Of a stretch of 64,000 bases of DNA, positions 1-9,768 are shown piece after piece. Source of the stretch: an uncultured bacterium (GTDB taxonomy: Bacteria > Chloroflexota > UBA5177 > JANWHV01); assembly GCA_963827235.1 (NCBI GenBank), contig CAWHAE010000012.1, forward strand, positions 544,001-608,000, read 5' to 3'. The notes under the pieces were generated by a model that made no database searches, was not told where the DNA came from, and saw nothing but the letters and a program-made list of their open reading frames with translations. Within the stretch, counting starts at the first letter, position 1. Each line of letters opens with the position of its first letter. Made by a program: the position numbers and the translations under genes.

Positions 1-1
1 G

Positions 2-265
2 CGTTCGCTGCTGCCAGGCACCGGCAAGTTGCTCGTCGGGATCGACTGCATCAGCAGCACGACCTGCTTCACGGTGGGCAACTCGGGTATCTTCCTTGCC
101 ACGACTGACGCAGGGAACGTGTGGAGGCCGCTGCGTTCCGGCACGCCGAAGTGGCTTGGAGCGATCGACTGCCCAGCGGCCTCCACCTGCTACATCGCCG
201 GTGAGCACGGGACTATCCTACGGTGGAGCAGGCTCGGCGCACGCGTGAGTGCACGCCCGGGCTGA
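2..265 (+). CDS. C-terminal end of a YCF48/BNR-like beta-propeller protein (5' part outside window)
   Basis: Frame is open from the window edge. Repeated units LVGIDCISSTTCFTVGNSGIFLATTDAG..W and LGAIDCPAASTCYIAGEHGTILR. Confidence 0.7.
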   Translation, partial: RSLLPGTGKLLVGIDCISSTTCFTVGNSGIFLATTDAGNVWRPLRSGTPKWLGAIDCPAASTCYIAGEHGTILRWSRLGARVSARPG

Positions 266-774
266 AGCAGGCGGCGCTTCCGTAAGGCGGTATGGACTCC
301 GTTCGAGGCCGCATGTATTGCCTGCTCGGCTGTACTGCGAGTCGAAGGCAGGAGAGACCTTCGTGTCGGCACGATGGCTAGGCTGGGCCCGGCGCTGGTA
401 CTGCAGTGCCCGGCGGTTTCGCAGGCGTGGCTGCGGGCTCACTGTGGGGACGAGCAGGAGAGCGCCGGATGGGCTCGGCTTCGGAAACGGGGCCGGTATC
501 TCTCTGCACAGGCATCGGCCCACGGCGACCGGTCAAAAATGTGATGGTCGTCCGAACCTGGACCGGGTGCCGGTCGGCGAGGAGAGCGAGGAGCAGCTTA
601 CCTTTCTGCCGCGCGAGATAGCAGCGGTGGGACGCGCAATACTGACCAGTTAAGGGGCTATTGGACCTCGGTTCGTCCGTGCGTGTGCAGGCCCGGCCTG
701 AGTATAGTGGACAGTGCAACTTCCGGTGCGCCCGGACGAAGACTCTTTAGCGGTCATCCCGAGGGAGATGGCTC

Positions 775-2178
775 ATGCAATACTTCAAGCCCAATGGAGA
801 GCATGCGTTTGCCGGCGACTGTATGCCGTTCTGGCATGATGGCATCTTCCACCTGTACTACCTGGCGGACGAGGATCATCATGCTGCTCTTGGCGGGCTA
901 GGCGGCCACCAGTGGGCACACGCCAGCTCTCCCGATCTCGTCCACTGGACTCACCATGAGCTGGCAATTGCCATCACCGAGCCCTGGGAGGGCTCGATCT
1001 GCACCGGTTCCGTGCTCCACGACAACGGCACGTACTACGGCTTCTACGCCACTCGCCTGCGCGACCGGACGCAGCACCTGAGCCTTGCCACCAGCGACGA
1101 CGGAGTGCGATTCAGCAAGACGATGCCCAACCCGCTGGCGTCTCCGCCTTCCGGATACAACGCCTACCACTACCGGGATCCCTTCGTATTCCGCGATACC
1201 GGCAGCGGTCTCTATCACCTCCTGGTCACGGCATGCCTGGACGACTATCCCGTGTACGGCCGTGGCGGCTGCCTGGCTCACCTGACCTCCGCGGACCTGT
1301 CGACCTGGGACGTTCAAGCGCCGTTTCTGCTGCCGGGGCTACCGGATGTGCCCGAGTGCCCCGACTACTTCGCCTGGAACGGCTGGTACTATCTGGTCTT
1401 CAGCGTTGGCGGTGTCGCGCGCTACCGCATGTCCCGCGAACCGTTTGGCCCCTGGCACCGGCCGGCCTCGGACACGTTCGACGGCTCGGCGGCCTGCGTC
1501 ATGAAGACGGCAGCCTTCGGGGATGAGCGGCGCATAGGGGCCGCCTGGGTTGGGACTCGGCTCGGCGGCAGCGACCAGGGTCCGCTGCAATTCGGCGGCC
1601 ACATCGTGTTTCGGGAGATCGTCCAGAACGCGGACGGCAGTCTTGGCACGCAGTTTCCTGCCGAGATGATCCCGGCAACCGGCGACACCCTCTCCCTCAG
1701 GCCCGTCCCTGTGACGGACAGAACCGTGACGGACTGCTCTCGGGTGCAACTGATGGCCGAGGAGGGACTCGAGGTGGCCATGCTGGAGGAAATCCCGGGC
1801 GACATCCGCATGACCATGGTGGTGCGCCCGGCGCCCGGCTCCGCCGTGTTCGGTCTCAGCCTGAGGGCAGCCGGTGATATGAAGAGCGGGTATGACCTGC
1901 GGTTCCTGCCGCTGGAGGGTCGCGTCGAGTTGTTCGACAGGGTATTGACGGGGCTCAAAGAGCTGAGGGGCACGTTCACCCTCGAGATCATGCTCACGGA
2001 CGACCTCATCGACGTGTGCATCGATCAGCGGCACTGCCTCGTCAATCGCTGTCCGGAGCTGCACGGAGAACGGCTGTTCTTCTTTGCGCTCAACGCGGTG
2101 GTGTCGTTCGACGCTCTCGAAGTCAGGCCACTGCTGGCCCCATTCAGTGAGCGAGGGCAGGATACGCCGAGAGGTTGA
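775..2178 (+). CDS. Glycoside hydrolase family 32-like protein (beta-fructofuranosidase/levanase-like), cytoplasmic
   Basis: Motifs GDCMPF..FHLYY, WAHASSPDLVHW, RDP and ECPD. C-terminal beta-sandwich. RBS GGGAGA. No signal peptide. Confidence 0.85.
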   Translation: MQYFKPNGEHAFAGDCMPFWHDGIFHLYYLADEDHHAALGGLGGHQWAHASSPDLVHWTHHELAIAITEPWEGSICTGSVLHDNGTYYGFYATRLRDRTQHLSLATSDDGVRFSKTMPNPLASPPSGYNAYHYRDPFVFRDTGSGLYHLLVTACLDDYPVYGRGGCLAHLTSADLSTWDVQAPFLLPGLPDVPECPDYFAWNGWYYLVFSVGGVARYRMSREPFGPWHRPASDTFDGSAACVMKTAAFGDERRIGAAWVGTRLGGSDQGPLQFGGHIVFREIVQNADGSLGTQFPAEMIPATGDTLSLRPVPVTDRTVTDCSRVQLMAEEGLEVAMLEEIPGDIRMTMVVRPAPGSAVFGLSLRAAGDMKSGYDLRFLPLEGRVELFDRVLTGLKELRGTFTLEIMLTDDLIDVCIDQRHCLVNRCPELHGERLFFFALNAVVSFDALEVRPLLAPFSERGQDTPRG

Positions 2179-3232
2179 TCTCCACGGGATCGGCGTCGCC
2201 CGCGAAGGCAAGGTAACGGCATGGTGCCAGGTGGACGGGCTCTCCGGCCGAGAACGAGTGCTCCTTGGGCACGAAGACCTTGATCAGCGATCCTGTCTCG
2301 AGGCGAACTTCTACCTGCCGGTAGTGCCCCAGGTCCATGACCACATCGACGTGCCCGTCCAGCGTGGCGCCGTTTGCCTGGGCAGTTGGTCGCAAGTCCT
2401 CCGGACGGAAGGCGACGCGAAGCCGCTGTCCGTCCGGCCAGGCCGCCACAGGAGCCGGCAAGCGAGCCGACGCGACTTCTACCGTCCCGTCGCCATGCCG
2501 GTAGAGGCCGTCGAGCGTGCTCATGGTGCCGATGAAGTCGGAGACGAAGAGGGTGCTCGGCTGGGCGTACACGCGGGACGGCGTGTCAAGCTGCTCCAAA
2601 TGCCCGCGGCTCATCACGGCGAGACGATCGGCGATAGACAGCGCTTCCTCCTGATCGTGGGTCACGAAGACCGAGGTGATGCCGGTCCGGCGCTGGATTC
2701 GCTTGATCTCCTCGCGCATGCGCACGCGCAGGCGCGCATCGAGATTGGAGAGCGGCTCGTCCAGAAGCAATACCTTGGGCTCGAGCACCAGAGCCCTGGC
2801 CAGGGCGATGCGTTGCTGTTCGCCACCGGACAGCTGGTTCGGATAGCGCTGAGCGGCGTCCGGCAATCCCACGATCTCCAGCGCCTCGCGTACCTTGGCC
2901 GCCACCGCGCTACTTGGCAGGCGGCGCAGCTTCAAGCCGAAAGCCACGTTATCCCACACACGCATGTGCGGCCACAAGGTGTATTTCTGGAAGACCATCG
3001 CCGTCGGCCGCTTGTTCGGCGGCAGGGTGGTGATGGATATCCCGTCGATCGCGATATCCCCCTGGTCGACGTTCTCGAAGCCTCCAATCATGCGCAACGT
3101 GGTCGATTTGCCGCAGCCCGATGGGCCGAGGATACACAGCAGCTCACCGCTGAAGACGGTGAGGGAGACGCCGGCAACCGCTTGCACGTCGCCGTAGTAC
3201 TTGACCACGTCGTGGAGCACCAGCTCAGCCAT
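2144..3232 (-). CDS. ABC transporter ATP-binding protein, PotA/CysA-like
   Basis: Real start is MAELVLHDVVKYYG at 3232, overlapping the permease stop as TGATG. Walker A GPSGCGKS, LSGGEQQR, LLLDEP, and a TOBE-like C-terminus. Confidence 0.92.
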   Translation of the reverse strand: MAELVLHDVVKYYGDVQAVAGVSLTVFSGELLCILGPSGCGKSTTLRMIGGFENVDQGDIAIDGISITTLPPNKRPTAMVFQKYTLWPHMRVWDNVAFGLKLRRLPSSAVAAKVREALEIVGLPDAAQRYPNQLSGGEQQRIALARALVLEPKVLLLDEPLSNLDARLRVRMREEIKRIQRRTGITSVFVTHDQEEALSIADRLAVMSRGHLEQLDTPSRVYAQPSTLFVSDFIGTMSTLDGLYRHGDGTVEVASARLPAPVAAWPDGQRLRVAFRPEDLRPTAQANGATLDGHVDVVMDLGHYRQVEVRLETGSLIKVFVPKEHSFSAGEPVHLAPCRYLAFAGDADPVEINLSAYPALAH

Positions 3233-4134
3233 CACGCAGCTCCCAGAATACGAATGCCCCGCCCGCGAGCCACGTATTGCGCTACGCCGAGCAGCAGCAG
3301 GGATGGTATGGAGAGAATGAGGGCAAAGACCGCCCCCTCCGGTTGAGCGTACGAGTTCACCGCGTTGTACATGATCAGCGGCATGGTCACGTTGTCCGGC
3401 AGACCGACGATCAGCGTGCCCTGGGATTCGTCGAGGGCCGCTACGAAGGACAGCAGCATGGCGACGGCGATGGCAGGAGCGGCAAGGGGCAGCGTGATGC
3501 GGAAGAAGGTGCCGGTGCGCGAGCAACCGGCATCCATGGCCGCTTCCTCCAGGCTGCGATCGATATTCTGGAATGCGGCGGCCGGAATCCAGATCATGAA
3601 GACCAGGGTCTCGATCATCTGGATCACGACGATGCCCTGCACGGTGTCGTTGAAGCCGATCCTGTAGAAGATGGTGAGAATCGTGACGTAGAGGCCGAAC
3701 TTGGGAAATGCGTTGGCCGCCAGAAAGGCAAGCAAGAGCGGCTGCCGGCCCACGAAGTGGAAGCGGGCGAAGGCGTAGGCGGCGGGGAGGCACAGCACCG
3801 TCGAGCACAACATGACGACGGTGGCGGTCTCCAGGCTCAGCTTGATGGAGTCCGTAATCCCGGTCAGATTGAGCACGTCCGGCCACCATTTCAGCGACCA
3901 CACCTGGGGCAGCAGGCTGTTCCCGGTCCACTGACCGGCAAAGGCCCAGATGGCCATCACGATCAGCGGACCCAGGATGAAGATCGTGAGCGCCGCCAGG
4001 GCAAGCCATTTCAGCCCATTGAGGATCGCGCCGGCCGCCGCCTGCCGGCCGGCATGGATTGTCCAGGCACTGCTCGACGGCCTCGCCGGGGCCTGTCCGC
4101 CGGCGGTGCCGAGGCTGGCGGGAAGCTCTGCCAT
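3232..4134 (-). CDS. ABC transporter permease, PotC-like
   Basis: Multiple TM segments and EAA loop SLEEAAMDAG. Confidence 0.9.
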   Translation of the reverse strand: MAELPASLGTAGGQAPARPSSSAWTIHAGRQAAAGAILNGLKWLALAALTIFILGPLIVMAIWAFAGQWTGNSLLPQVWSLKWWPDVLNLTGITDSIKLSLETATVVMLCSTVLCLPAAYAFARFHFVGRQPLLLAFLAANAFPKFGLYVTILTIFYRIGFNDTVQGIVVIQMIETLVFMIWIPAAAFQNIDRSLEEAAMDAGCSRTGTFFRITLPLAAPAIAVAMLLSFVAALDESQGTLIVGLPDNVTMPLIMYNAVNSYAQPEGAVFALILSIPSLLLLGVAQYVARGRGIRILGAA

Positions 4135-4140
4135 CCCTTT

Positions 4141-5088
4141 TCACCTCCTCCGCTGTCGGGCCACGGCCACGACGTATACAATGCCGACCAGCACGGCGGC
4201 CACGAAGGTCAATACGGCCTCGGCTTGCGCGATCAGGATCCGCTGATTCCCGATGTTGTCGTTCATGGCCGGGCCGAGCATCTGGGGCAGCGTCGGCCCC
4301 AGCAGATCGGGAATGTTGAAGCTGCCCATCACGCCGATGAAGGCGAGGATGAGTGCGATCAGCGCCTGTCTCAGAGTGAGCGGGAAGAGGATGCTGATGA
4401 AGATGCGCACATAGCCTGCACCCACGTCGCGTGCGCTTTCCACCAGCGCGTTGTCGATCTCGCCCAATCCGGCCCCGATCAGCAGGATAGTAATCGGGAT
4501 GTTGTTCCACACCTGGCCCATTACGATGCCGGTGGTGTTGTCGATGAGCTGAGGGTACTTGCCACCCAGCATCGAGGACTCGACGTGCGTGTCTTGCAGC
4601 AGCACGTCGAGGAAGTTGCCCTGCTGGTAGAAGGAGATGAAGGCGTAGGCAGACACGATCGTGGGGATGAACAGCGGGATCAGGCTCAGCGTGCGGAAGA
4701 AGCCGGCAATGCGACTGCTGCTGAAGCGCAAGAACATGGCCAGCGGGTAACACAGCGCGAAGAGCACCACCAGCGTGATCGCCGTCACCTGCAGTGTGTA
4801 GACTATGGCCCGGCGGTCCAGTTTGTAAGCGGGATTCGTGAGCAGTTGGCGGTAGGTGTCGAAGCTGAACGAGCTCGACACCGACAGCACGCCGCGCCCC
4901 GTGACCAGGGGCCGGGTGGTGAGCGTGTCCCACACCGCGTTCAGCGATGGGTAGACGACGAGCAGGGCCAAGAACAGTATTGGTGGGGCAATCAACACGT
5001 AGCCCAGGAGCTGCTCGCGCAGATGGGCGAAGCGGTGGCGACGAATCGCCACCACTCCGCGCCGACCGGAGCCGAGTACAAATGCCAC
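4141..5088 (-). CDS. ABC transporter permease, PotB-like
   Basis: TM segments and EAA-type loop LVESARDVGA. Start codon is uncertain. Confidence 0.88.
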   Translation of the reverse strand: MAFVLGSGRRGVVAIRRHRFAHLREQLLGYVLIAPPILFLALLVVYPSLNAVWDTLTTRPLVTGRGVLSVSSSFSFDTYRQLLTNPAYKLDRRAIVYTLQVTAITLVVLFALCYPLAMFLRFSSSRIAGFFRTLSLIPLFIPTIVSAYAFISFYQQGNFLDVLLQDTHVESSMLGGKYPQLIDNTTGIVMGQVWNNIPITILLIGAGLGEIDNALVESARDVGAGYVRIFISILFPLTLRQALIALILAFIGVMGSFNIPDLLGPTLPQMLGPAMNDNIGNQRILIAQAEAVLTFVAAVLVGIVYVVAVARQRRR

Positions 5089-5094
5089 TGTACT

Positions 5095-6249
5095 TCAGCT
5101 TGCCGGGACGTTAGCTTTCCACTGGTTGACGAGGTCGGTGTCCCACTGGCCGCCGGGCCAGAAGCCGTAGTCCTTGGCCAGCGGACCGAAATGCTGAACA
5201 ACCGAAGCGGGCACGTACTTGAAGTCGATCGCCGGGAAGCCTTCGATGGCGGTGGCGATCTTCGCCTGCTCGGGCACGCTCAGGATGAAGTTGACCAGCG
5301 CCTTGGCGCCGACCGGGTTCTGCGCCAGCTTGGGAATAGATATGAACGAGGGGCCGCCGGCAAACGGCGGGCTGATCTGGGTCAGCTTGATGTACTTGGG
5401 CAGCAGGCCCTTGTCGAGGTATTGCAGGCCCTGATCCGACCATGCGGTACCCATCCAGATGGCGCCCTTGGCGAGAAGGTTCAGCACCGGGATGTTGCCG
5501 TCCGGGTGGAAGCCGCTCTGGTAAAGATCGGGCTCGATCGACTTGAGCAGGGCCCATGCCTTGGGCCAGCTCGATTCGGCGGCGACGTTATAGGGCTTGG
5601 TCAGCAGGTTGTCGTCCATCACCGTTCGAATAGCTTCGGCGACGAAGTAATCCCCCGTGCCGCCCACGTCGGGCCGGCAATAGGTGAACTTGCCCGGGTT
5701 GGCCTTGATCCAGGCAATGAGATCGGCGAACGTCTTGGGCGGATTCGGCACTTCCTGGCTGTTGTAGGCCAGCGTCACCGCCGAGGCGCGATAGGCGGCC
5801 GCGTAGCCCTGTCCCTGGGCCCACACGAACGGGGGCACCTTGGCGCCATTGGGAAGATCCTTGAGCGTCAAGGGCAGAAAGTAGTCTTTTTCGGACTTCC
5901 CGGCCGGGTAGGCGTAGGTGCTCGGGTCGTCCTCCCAGACGTCGTACTTGACGCTCTGCGTTCCGGACTTCATTGCTGCCGTCAGATTGTTGACGATTAG
6001 CGCCGGCGCCCCGATGCCGTGCAAGATGTCGGTGAAATGAACGGTGTACTGTGGGTAGGCTTTCTGGAAATCGGGAACGATCGTGTTGCGGTAGAGGTCC
6101 ACGAGGTTCACGTCGCCGAGAGACGTGAAGTAGATGGTCGACGTGGCATCAGCTCGGGCCTTCGGAAGATGGCCCGCGGAAAAGAGCCCGCTGGCGACAA
6201 GGACAGCTGCCGCCACGCTTCTACCGATTACGCTTGTCCGCACACCCAT
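5095..6249 (-). CDS. Extracellular solute-binding protein (PotD/AfuA-like clan)
   Basis: Signal peptide ending ARA-DA. LAYNS..V..PPKTFADL..W...NPGKFTY. RBS AGGAGG. First gene of the ABC operon. Confidence 0.87.
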   Translation of the reverse strand: MGVRTSVIGRSVAAAVLVASGLFSAGHLPKARADATSTIYFTSLGDVNLVDLYRNTIVPDFQKAYPQYTVHFTDILHGIGAPALIVNNLTAAMKSGTQSVKYDVWEDDPSTYAYPAGKSEKDYFLPLTLKDLPNGAKVPPFVWAQGQGYAAAYRASAVTLAYNSQEVPNPPKTFADLIAWIKANPGKFTYCRPDVGGTGDYFVAEAIRTVMDDNLLTKPYNVAAESSWPKAWALLKSIEPDLYQSGFHPDGNIPVLNLLAKGAIWMGTAWSDQGLQYLDKGLLPKYIKLTQISPPFAGGPSFISIPKLAQNPVGAKALVNFILSVPEQAKIATAIEGFPAIDFKYVPASVVQHFGPLAKDYGFWPGGQWDTDLVNQWKANVPAS

Positions 6250-6386
6250 TGCGGCGAATCCTCCTGACTTGCCATGACCCGTCTCATTCTCAGCGGCTTG
6301 CAGTCAGCACGAGCATGGGCCGGCGCCTGGCCAGGCGTGCTGAAGCGGTCCGCGGCGAACCACCATTGTCCGGTGGTGCTTGGCAC

Positions 6387-6430
6387 AGCATAGCAAGGCA
6401 AGTTTAAGCGCCTGTTAAGGTTTGCTTAAG
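6387..6430 (-). promoter_or_regulatory. Three 11-bp-period direct repeats (CTTAA) upstream of a -10 box TATGCT; OmpR/PhoP-type site
   Basis: TTAAG at 6404, 6415 and 6426 on the + strand. Minus-strand TATGCT at 6387-6392. Confidence 0.55.
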
Positions 6431-6740
6431 CCTTTGGGAAGTAGGCTAAGAATCGCGTTTCCGTTTGATAAGGGTCCGCGGCCCGGGCGAACTCTGCTTT
6501 TGACGCCCAGCGCCCAAGGCTGCGCTTGGGCGCTCAGAATCGTCTGTAGCCCGGACCCTTCGCGACAGCAGCGCGCCGGCGCTCGACCCGGAAGCGCGCG
6601 TCTACCAGCTATCGGGCGCTCCGGCGGCGGCAGAGGAGCAGGAGCGACCAGCCCGCATGCCCGCCGGCGCCGGAATCAGGAGTACGGGCAACCGAAGCCG
6701 CTCAGGCTGCTCGGTGCATCCCGATAACCTGGCCAGTACG

Positions 6741-6815
6741 TGCGCATGGTGCCATGGCGGCCCTGCCGCCATGGCACCATGCGCAAGCTGCATCTGCGTG
6801 CGGCATGCCGCACGC
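6741..6815. repeat. Two adjacent perfect palindromes
   Basis: 21-bp inverted repeat 6741-6761/6765-6785 with a 3-nt loop, and a self-complementary 20-mer GCGTGCGGCATGCCGCACGC at 6796-6815. Confidence 0.85.
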
Positions 6816-6971
6816 GCTTCAGGCTTCTGCACGGCGCAACCGGCTGCAGCGCTTTCCACGCCGTGGCCGCCCCGCACGCGGACGTCGAATCCTTCTGGTG
6901 GGGCGGCCACCGATCGCCCCATAGTTGGCTCCTCTGTGCAACTGAGCAAGCCTAACACGTTGCCCTAGCAG

Positions 6972-7847
6972 CTAGAGCGCAAAGCGATCCTTGAGGAACG
7001 CGCGGCTTCGCTTGGCCGCATAGATGGGATCGGACGGCGCATCCTGTTCTACGATGATCCAACCGTCATAGCTCGCCGCACGCAGCGAGCCAAAGATGCG
7101 GTCCATGTCAACGCAGCCGTCCCCCAGCGGTACAAAGAGCCCGCGCTGGACCGCCGCGGCAAAATCGAGCCGCTCCGCACGCACTATCTCGAGTGCCGCG
7201 GCGTCGACATCCTTCAGGTGCACGTACCAGACGCGCGAGGCATAATCGACAAAGATCGACTCGGGATCGACGCCCGCGTAGGCGAGGTGGCCCGTGTCCG
7301 GGCAAAGTCCAAGCAGCTCAGGATCGGTGAGCGCGCACAGCCGGTCGATCTCATTGCGCGTCTCTACGAACGTGCCTACATGCGGGTGGAAGACGGCCCG
7401 CATTCCGCGATCGCGCAACATCTTCCCGACACGGTTGAGCCCGTCGGCCAGATACCCCCACCGCCTGTCGTCGAGGCCGTCGCTGCCGTCAGGGTTGACC
7501 CGGCCGGCTACTGCCAGACGTTCTGGCGACGTGTGATCGGCGAGGATGAGAATGTCACAACCGAGCGCCTGCAGGCGATCGGCCACGGGAACCACGCGGG
7601 CGACCTCGGCGTCGTGCAATGTGGGGTCCAGGAGTTCGACCTCGTGGAACGTCGCGGCTGCCAGCAGCCCGTGCCTGGCCAGGTCGCCGCGAAGCCCGGG
7701 GATGTCCGTGGGAAAGTGATAGCTGATTTCGGTACCGGCATACCCGCACTCGGACATCTCGCCGAGCATTTGGTCGAAGGATGGCAGAACGCTCCAGTAG
7801 TACAGTGGGTCGAAGCCCCAGTTGACCGACGCCGTGCCGACCTGCAT
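6972..7847 (-). CDS. IolE-like inosose dehydratase / xylose-isomerase-like TIM barrel
   Basis: GYAGTE, FHPHVGTFVET, CPDTGHL, YVHLKDV and YDGWIIVEQD. RBS GGAGG. Confidence 0.82.
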   Translation of the reverse strand: MQVGTASVNWGFDPLYYWSVLPSFDQMLGEMSECGYAGTEISYHFPTDIPGLRGDLARHGLLAAATFHEVELLDPTLHDAEVARVVPVADRLQALGCDILILADHTSPERLAVAGRVNPDGSDGLDDRRWGYLADGLNRVGKMLRDRGMRAVFHPHVGTFVETRNEIDRLCALTDPELLGLCPDTGHLAYAGVDPESIFVDYASRVWYVHLKDVDAAALEIVRAERLDFAAAVQRGLFVPLGDGCVDMDRIFGSLRAASYDGWIIVEQDAPSDPIYAAKRSRAFLKDRFAL

Positions 7848-8033
7848 GGAAGCACCTCCTGCTCACGCGCCAACACGATAATCGCCATCTCGCACCGCAA
7901 AACCGATCGCCGGTGCGACCGAGCGATCACGTCTGTTTACCCTCAGATAGAGTAGCATGGCTATGCAAGTGGGTGCAGTCCCGTGGTCGACGGAACCTAG
8001 GAGACGTATTTGGCGTTCGAAGAGGGCAGGTGC

Positions 8034-8087
8034 TTGACTATTGAGCCTGGTGATGCTAGGATGGCGTCGGTTCTGAGAACGTTTCCA
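8034..8087 (+). promoter_or_regulatory. Sigma70 promoter with a LacI/CcpA-type operator
   Basis: TTGACT(8034)-17 nt-TAGGAT(8057) with a TG extension. Operator TGAGAACGTTTCCA at 8074-8087. Confidence 0.65.
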
Positions 8088-8185
8088 GATCCGCTCTCCC
8101 AGTCCCATCGAGCTTCGCGAGCGTTGCGAGAAAACCGAGTTCGTTGTCCTCTCCTTTCAAGTCGGAGGGGCCTAGGAGGGTAAGC

Positions 8186-9532
8186 ATGTCCACAGGTGCA
8201 GTCCGTCGGATCGTCGTTCGAAGCTGTCTCATTGTCTCACTCCTGTCTTCGGCGCTCACCTTGGGATCCCAGTCCGCCCGATCGGCCAGCAGCGGCCCGG
8301 TCACGCTCACGGTGGCAGGTTGCTGGACCGATGCCGTCCAGGGCCCCGCATTCAAGCGCATCGTCGAGGCATACAACAAGGTGCAGAGCCAGATCCGCAT
8401 CGTCGGCACGTGGAACAACAGCTTCTCCAAGGTGCTGACTCAACAACTGGGTGGCAATCCGCCCGACGTGTACTTCGACTGCTCATCGGGCGAAGTCGGC
8501 ACGTGGGCGAAGAATCACTATATCAAGCCGCTCGAGCCATACATTGCCCAGACCCACTGGAATCCGAACGTGCTCACGCCCTCGGCGCGCGCCTATGTGA
8601 CCTATCAGGGTCAGGTGTGGGCGATGCCGTTCCTCGAGGACACGTTCATGCTTCTCTACAACAAGGCGCTGTTCCGGAAAGCGGGCCTTGACCCCAACAA
8701 TCCGCCCAAGACCTGGGAAGAGATGCGCGCCGACGCAGACAAGTTGACGATCGTCGGTTCCGACGGCCACATAACCCAGGCAGGCATGTTGCCGACCTAT
8801 GCCGGTAACGACTTTGTCGGGACGTGGCTGCCTGTTTACATCACCGGCTTTGGCGGCAAGCTGATCGATGCCAGCGGCACGCACATCACCGCGAACTGCG
8901 CGCAATGCGTCGCTGCCCTGCAGTGGGAGCTGGGCTACTACCAAAAGTGGGGGGCCGACAAGATCGATCGCTTCCAGTCGCGGTACACGGGCGGCCAGCA
9001 GTACTCGGGACCCGGCAACGCCTTCTTCAGCGGCAAGACCGCGATGCTCATCGAGGGCGAGTACTACGTGAAACAGGAGAAGGTGTACAAGGCGAACCTG
9101 GACTACGGCGTGGCACCGCTGCCGTATCCCGCCGGCCACCCTGAGTTGCTGGGCACCGGCATGGCCGGTGGCAACCCCGGCATGATCCTGGCCGGCAGCA
9201 AGCATCCGGACCAGGCCTTCCAGTTCCTGGAGTGGATCGAGACCCTGCAGCCCACCATCGCGTTCGCCAATGCCATCAACAACGTTCCCCAGCTGCGAGC
9301 CGCGGTCACGAGCACCGACCTGGACCCCGACCAGAACTTCCGCACATTCGTTCGCTGGGCTCAGGGATCGAAGATCGCCGTCTTTCCGGTGATTTCGGTG
9401 CAGAATGAGTTCGCCACCGAGATGATTCAGATCGAGGACAAGGTGCTGCACGGTAAGATGGATGCAAAGGCCGGGCTGGATCAGCTGACCAAGGACATCC
9501 AGGCAAGGCTGAGTGGAAACGCAATCCCGTAG
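8186..9532 (+). CDS. Sugar ABC transporter substrate-binding protein (CUT1)
   Basis: RBS AGGAGG, signal peptide, GNPPDV, LLYNKALFRKAG..PPKTWEE and FFSGKTAM. Confidence 0.9.
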   Translation: MSTGAVRRIVVRSCLIVSLLSSALTLGSQSARSASSGPVTLTVAGCWTDAVQGPAFKRIVEAYNKVQSQIRIVGTWNNSFSKVLTQQLGGNPPDVYFDCSSGEVGTWAKNHYIKPLEPYIAQTHWNPNVLTPSARAYVTYQGQVWAMPFLEDTFMLLYNKALFRKAGLDPNNPPKTWEEMRADADKLTIVGSDGHITQAGMLPTYAGNDFVGTWLPVYITGFGGKLIDASGTHITANCAQCVAALQWELGYYQKWGADKIDRFQSRYTGGQQYSGPGNAFFSGKTAMLIEGEYYVKQEKVYKANLDYGVAPLPYPAGHPELLGTGMAGGNPGMILAGSKHPDQAFQFLEWIETLQPTIAFANAINNVPQLRAAVTSTDLDPDQNFRTFVRWAQGSKIAVFPVISVQNEFATEMIQIEDKVLHGKMDAKAGLDQLTKDIQARLSGNAIP

Positions 9533-9768
9533 GTAGATATCCGGGATAGGCCCGGCGTGGGCTAGAGCGGCGAGGCTCGATCAATCCGGCAAGGCGGGGC
9601 CAGCAAGGTTCGCGAACGCTCGCGCGAGCAAGCGTGGCCCCGCCGGCCGATCTCGCGGGCTGAGCCGCGCAATCGCGGATCGCCTGTGAGTGCGGCCGTT
9701 AGTGGGTTCCGTGGCGACCGGCAAGGTGCGGTCTGCCCGAGACAGCGTGACGTGTGCGGAGGTAGTGC

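Noticed and set aside
3233-4933. N-terminal 567 aa of the 929-aa ORF 2144..4933
   Set aside because: Out-of-frame overlap with two real permeases. The ATPase starts at 3232.
3277-6000. 907-aa plus-strand ORF
   Set aside because: Antisense shadow of the ABC operon, typical of high-GC DNA, with no motifs.
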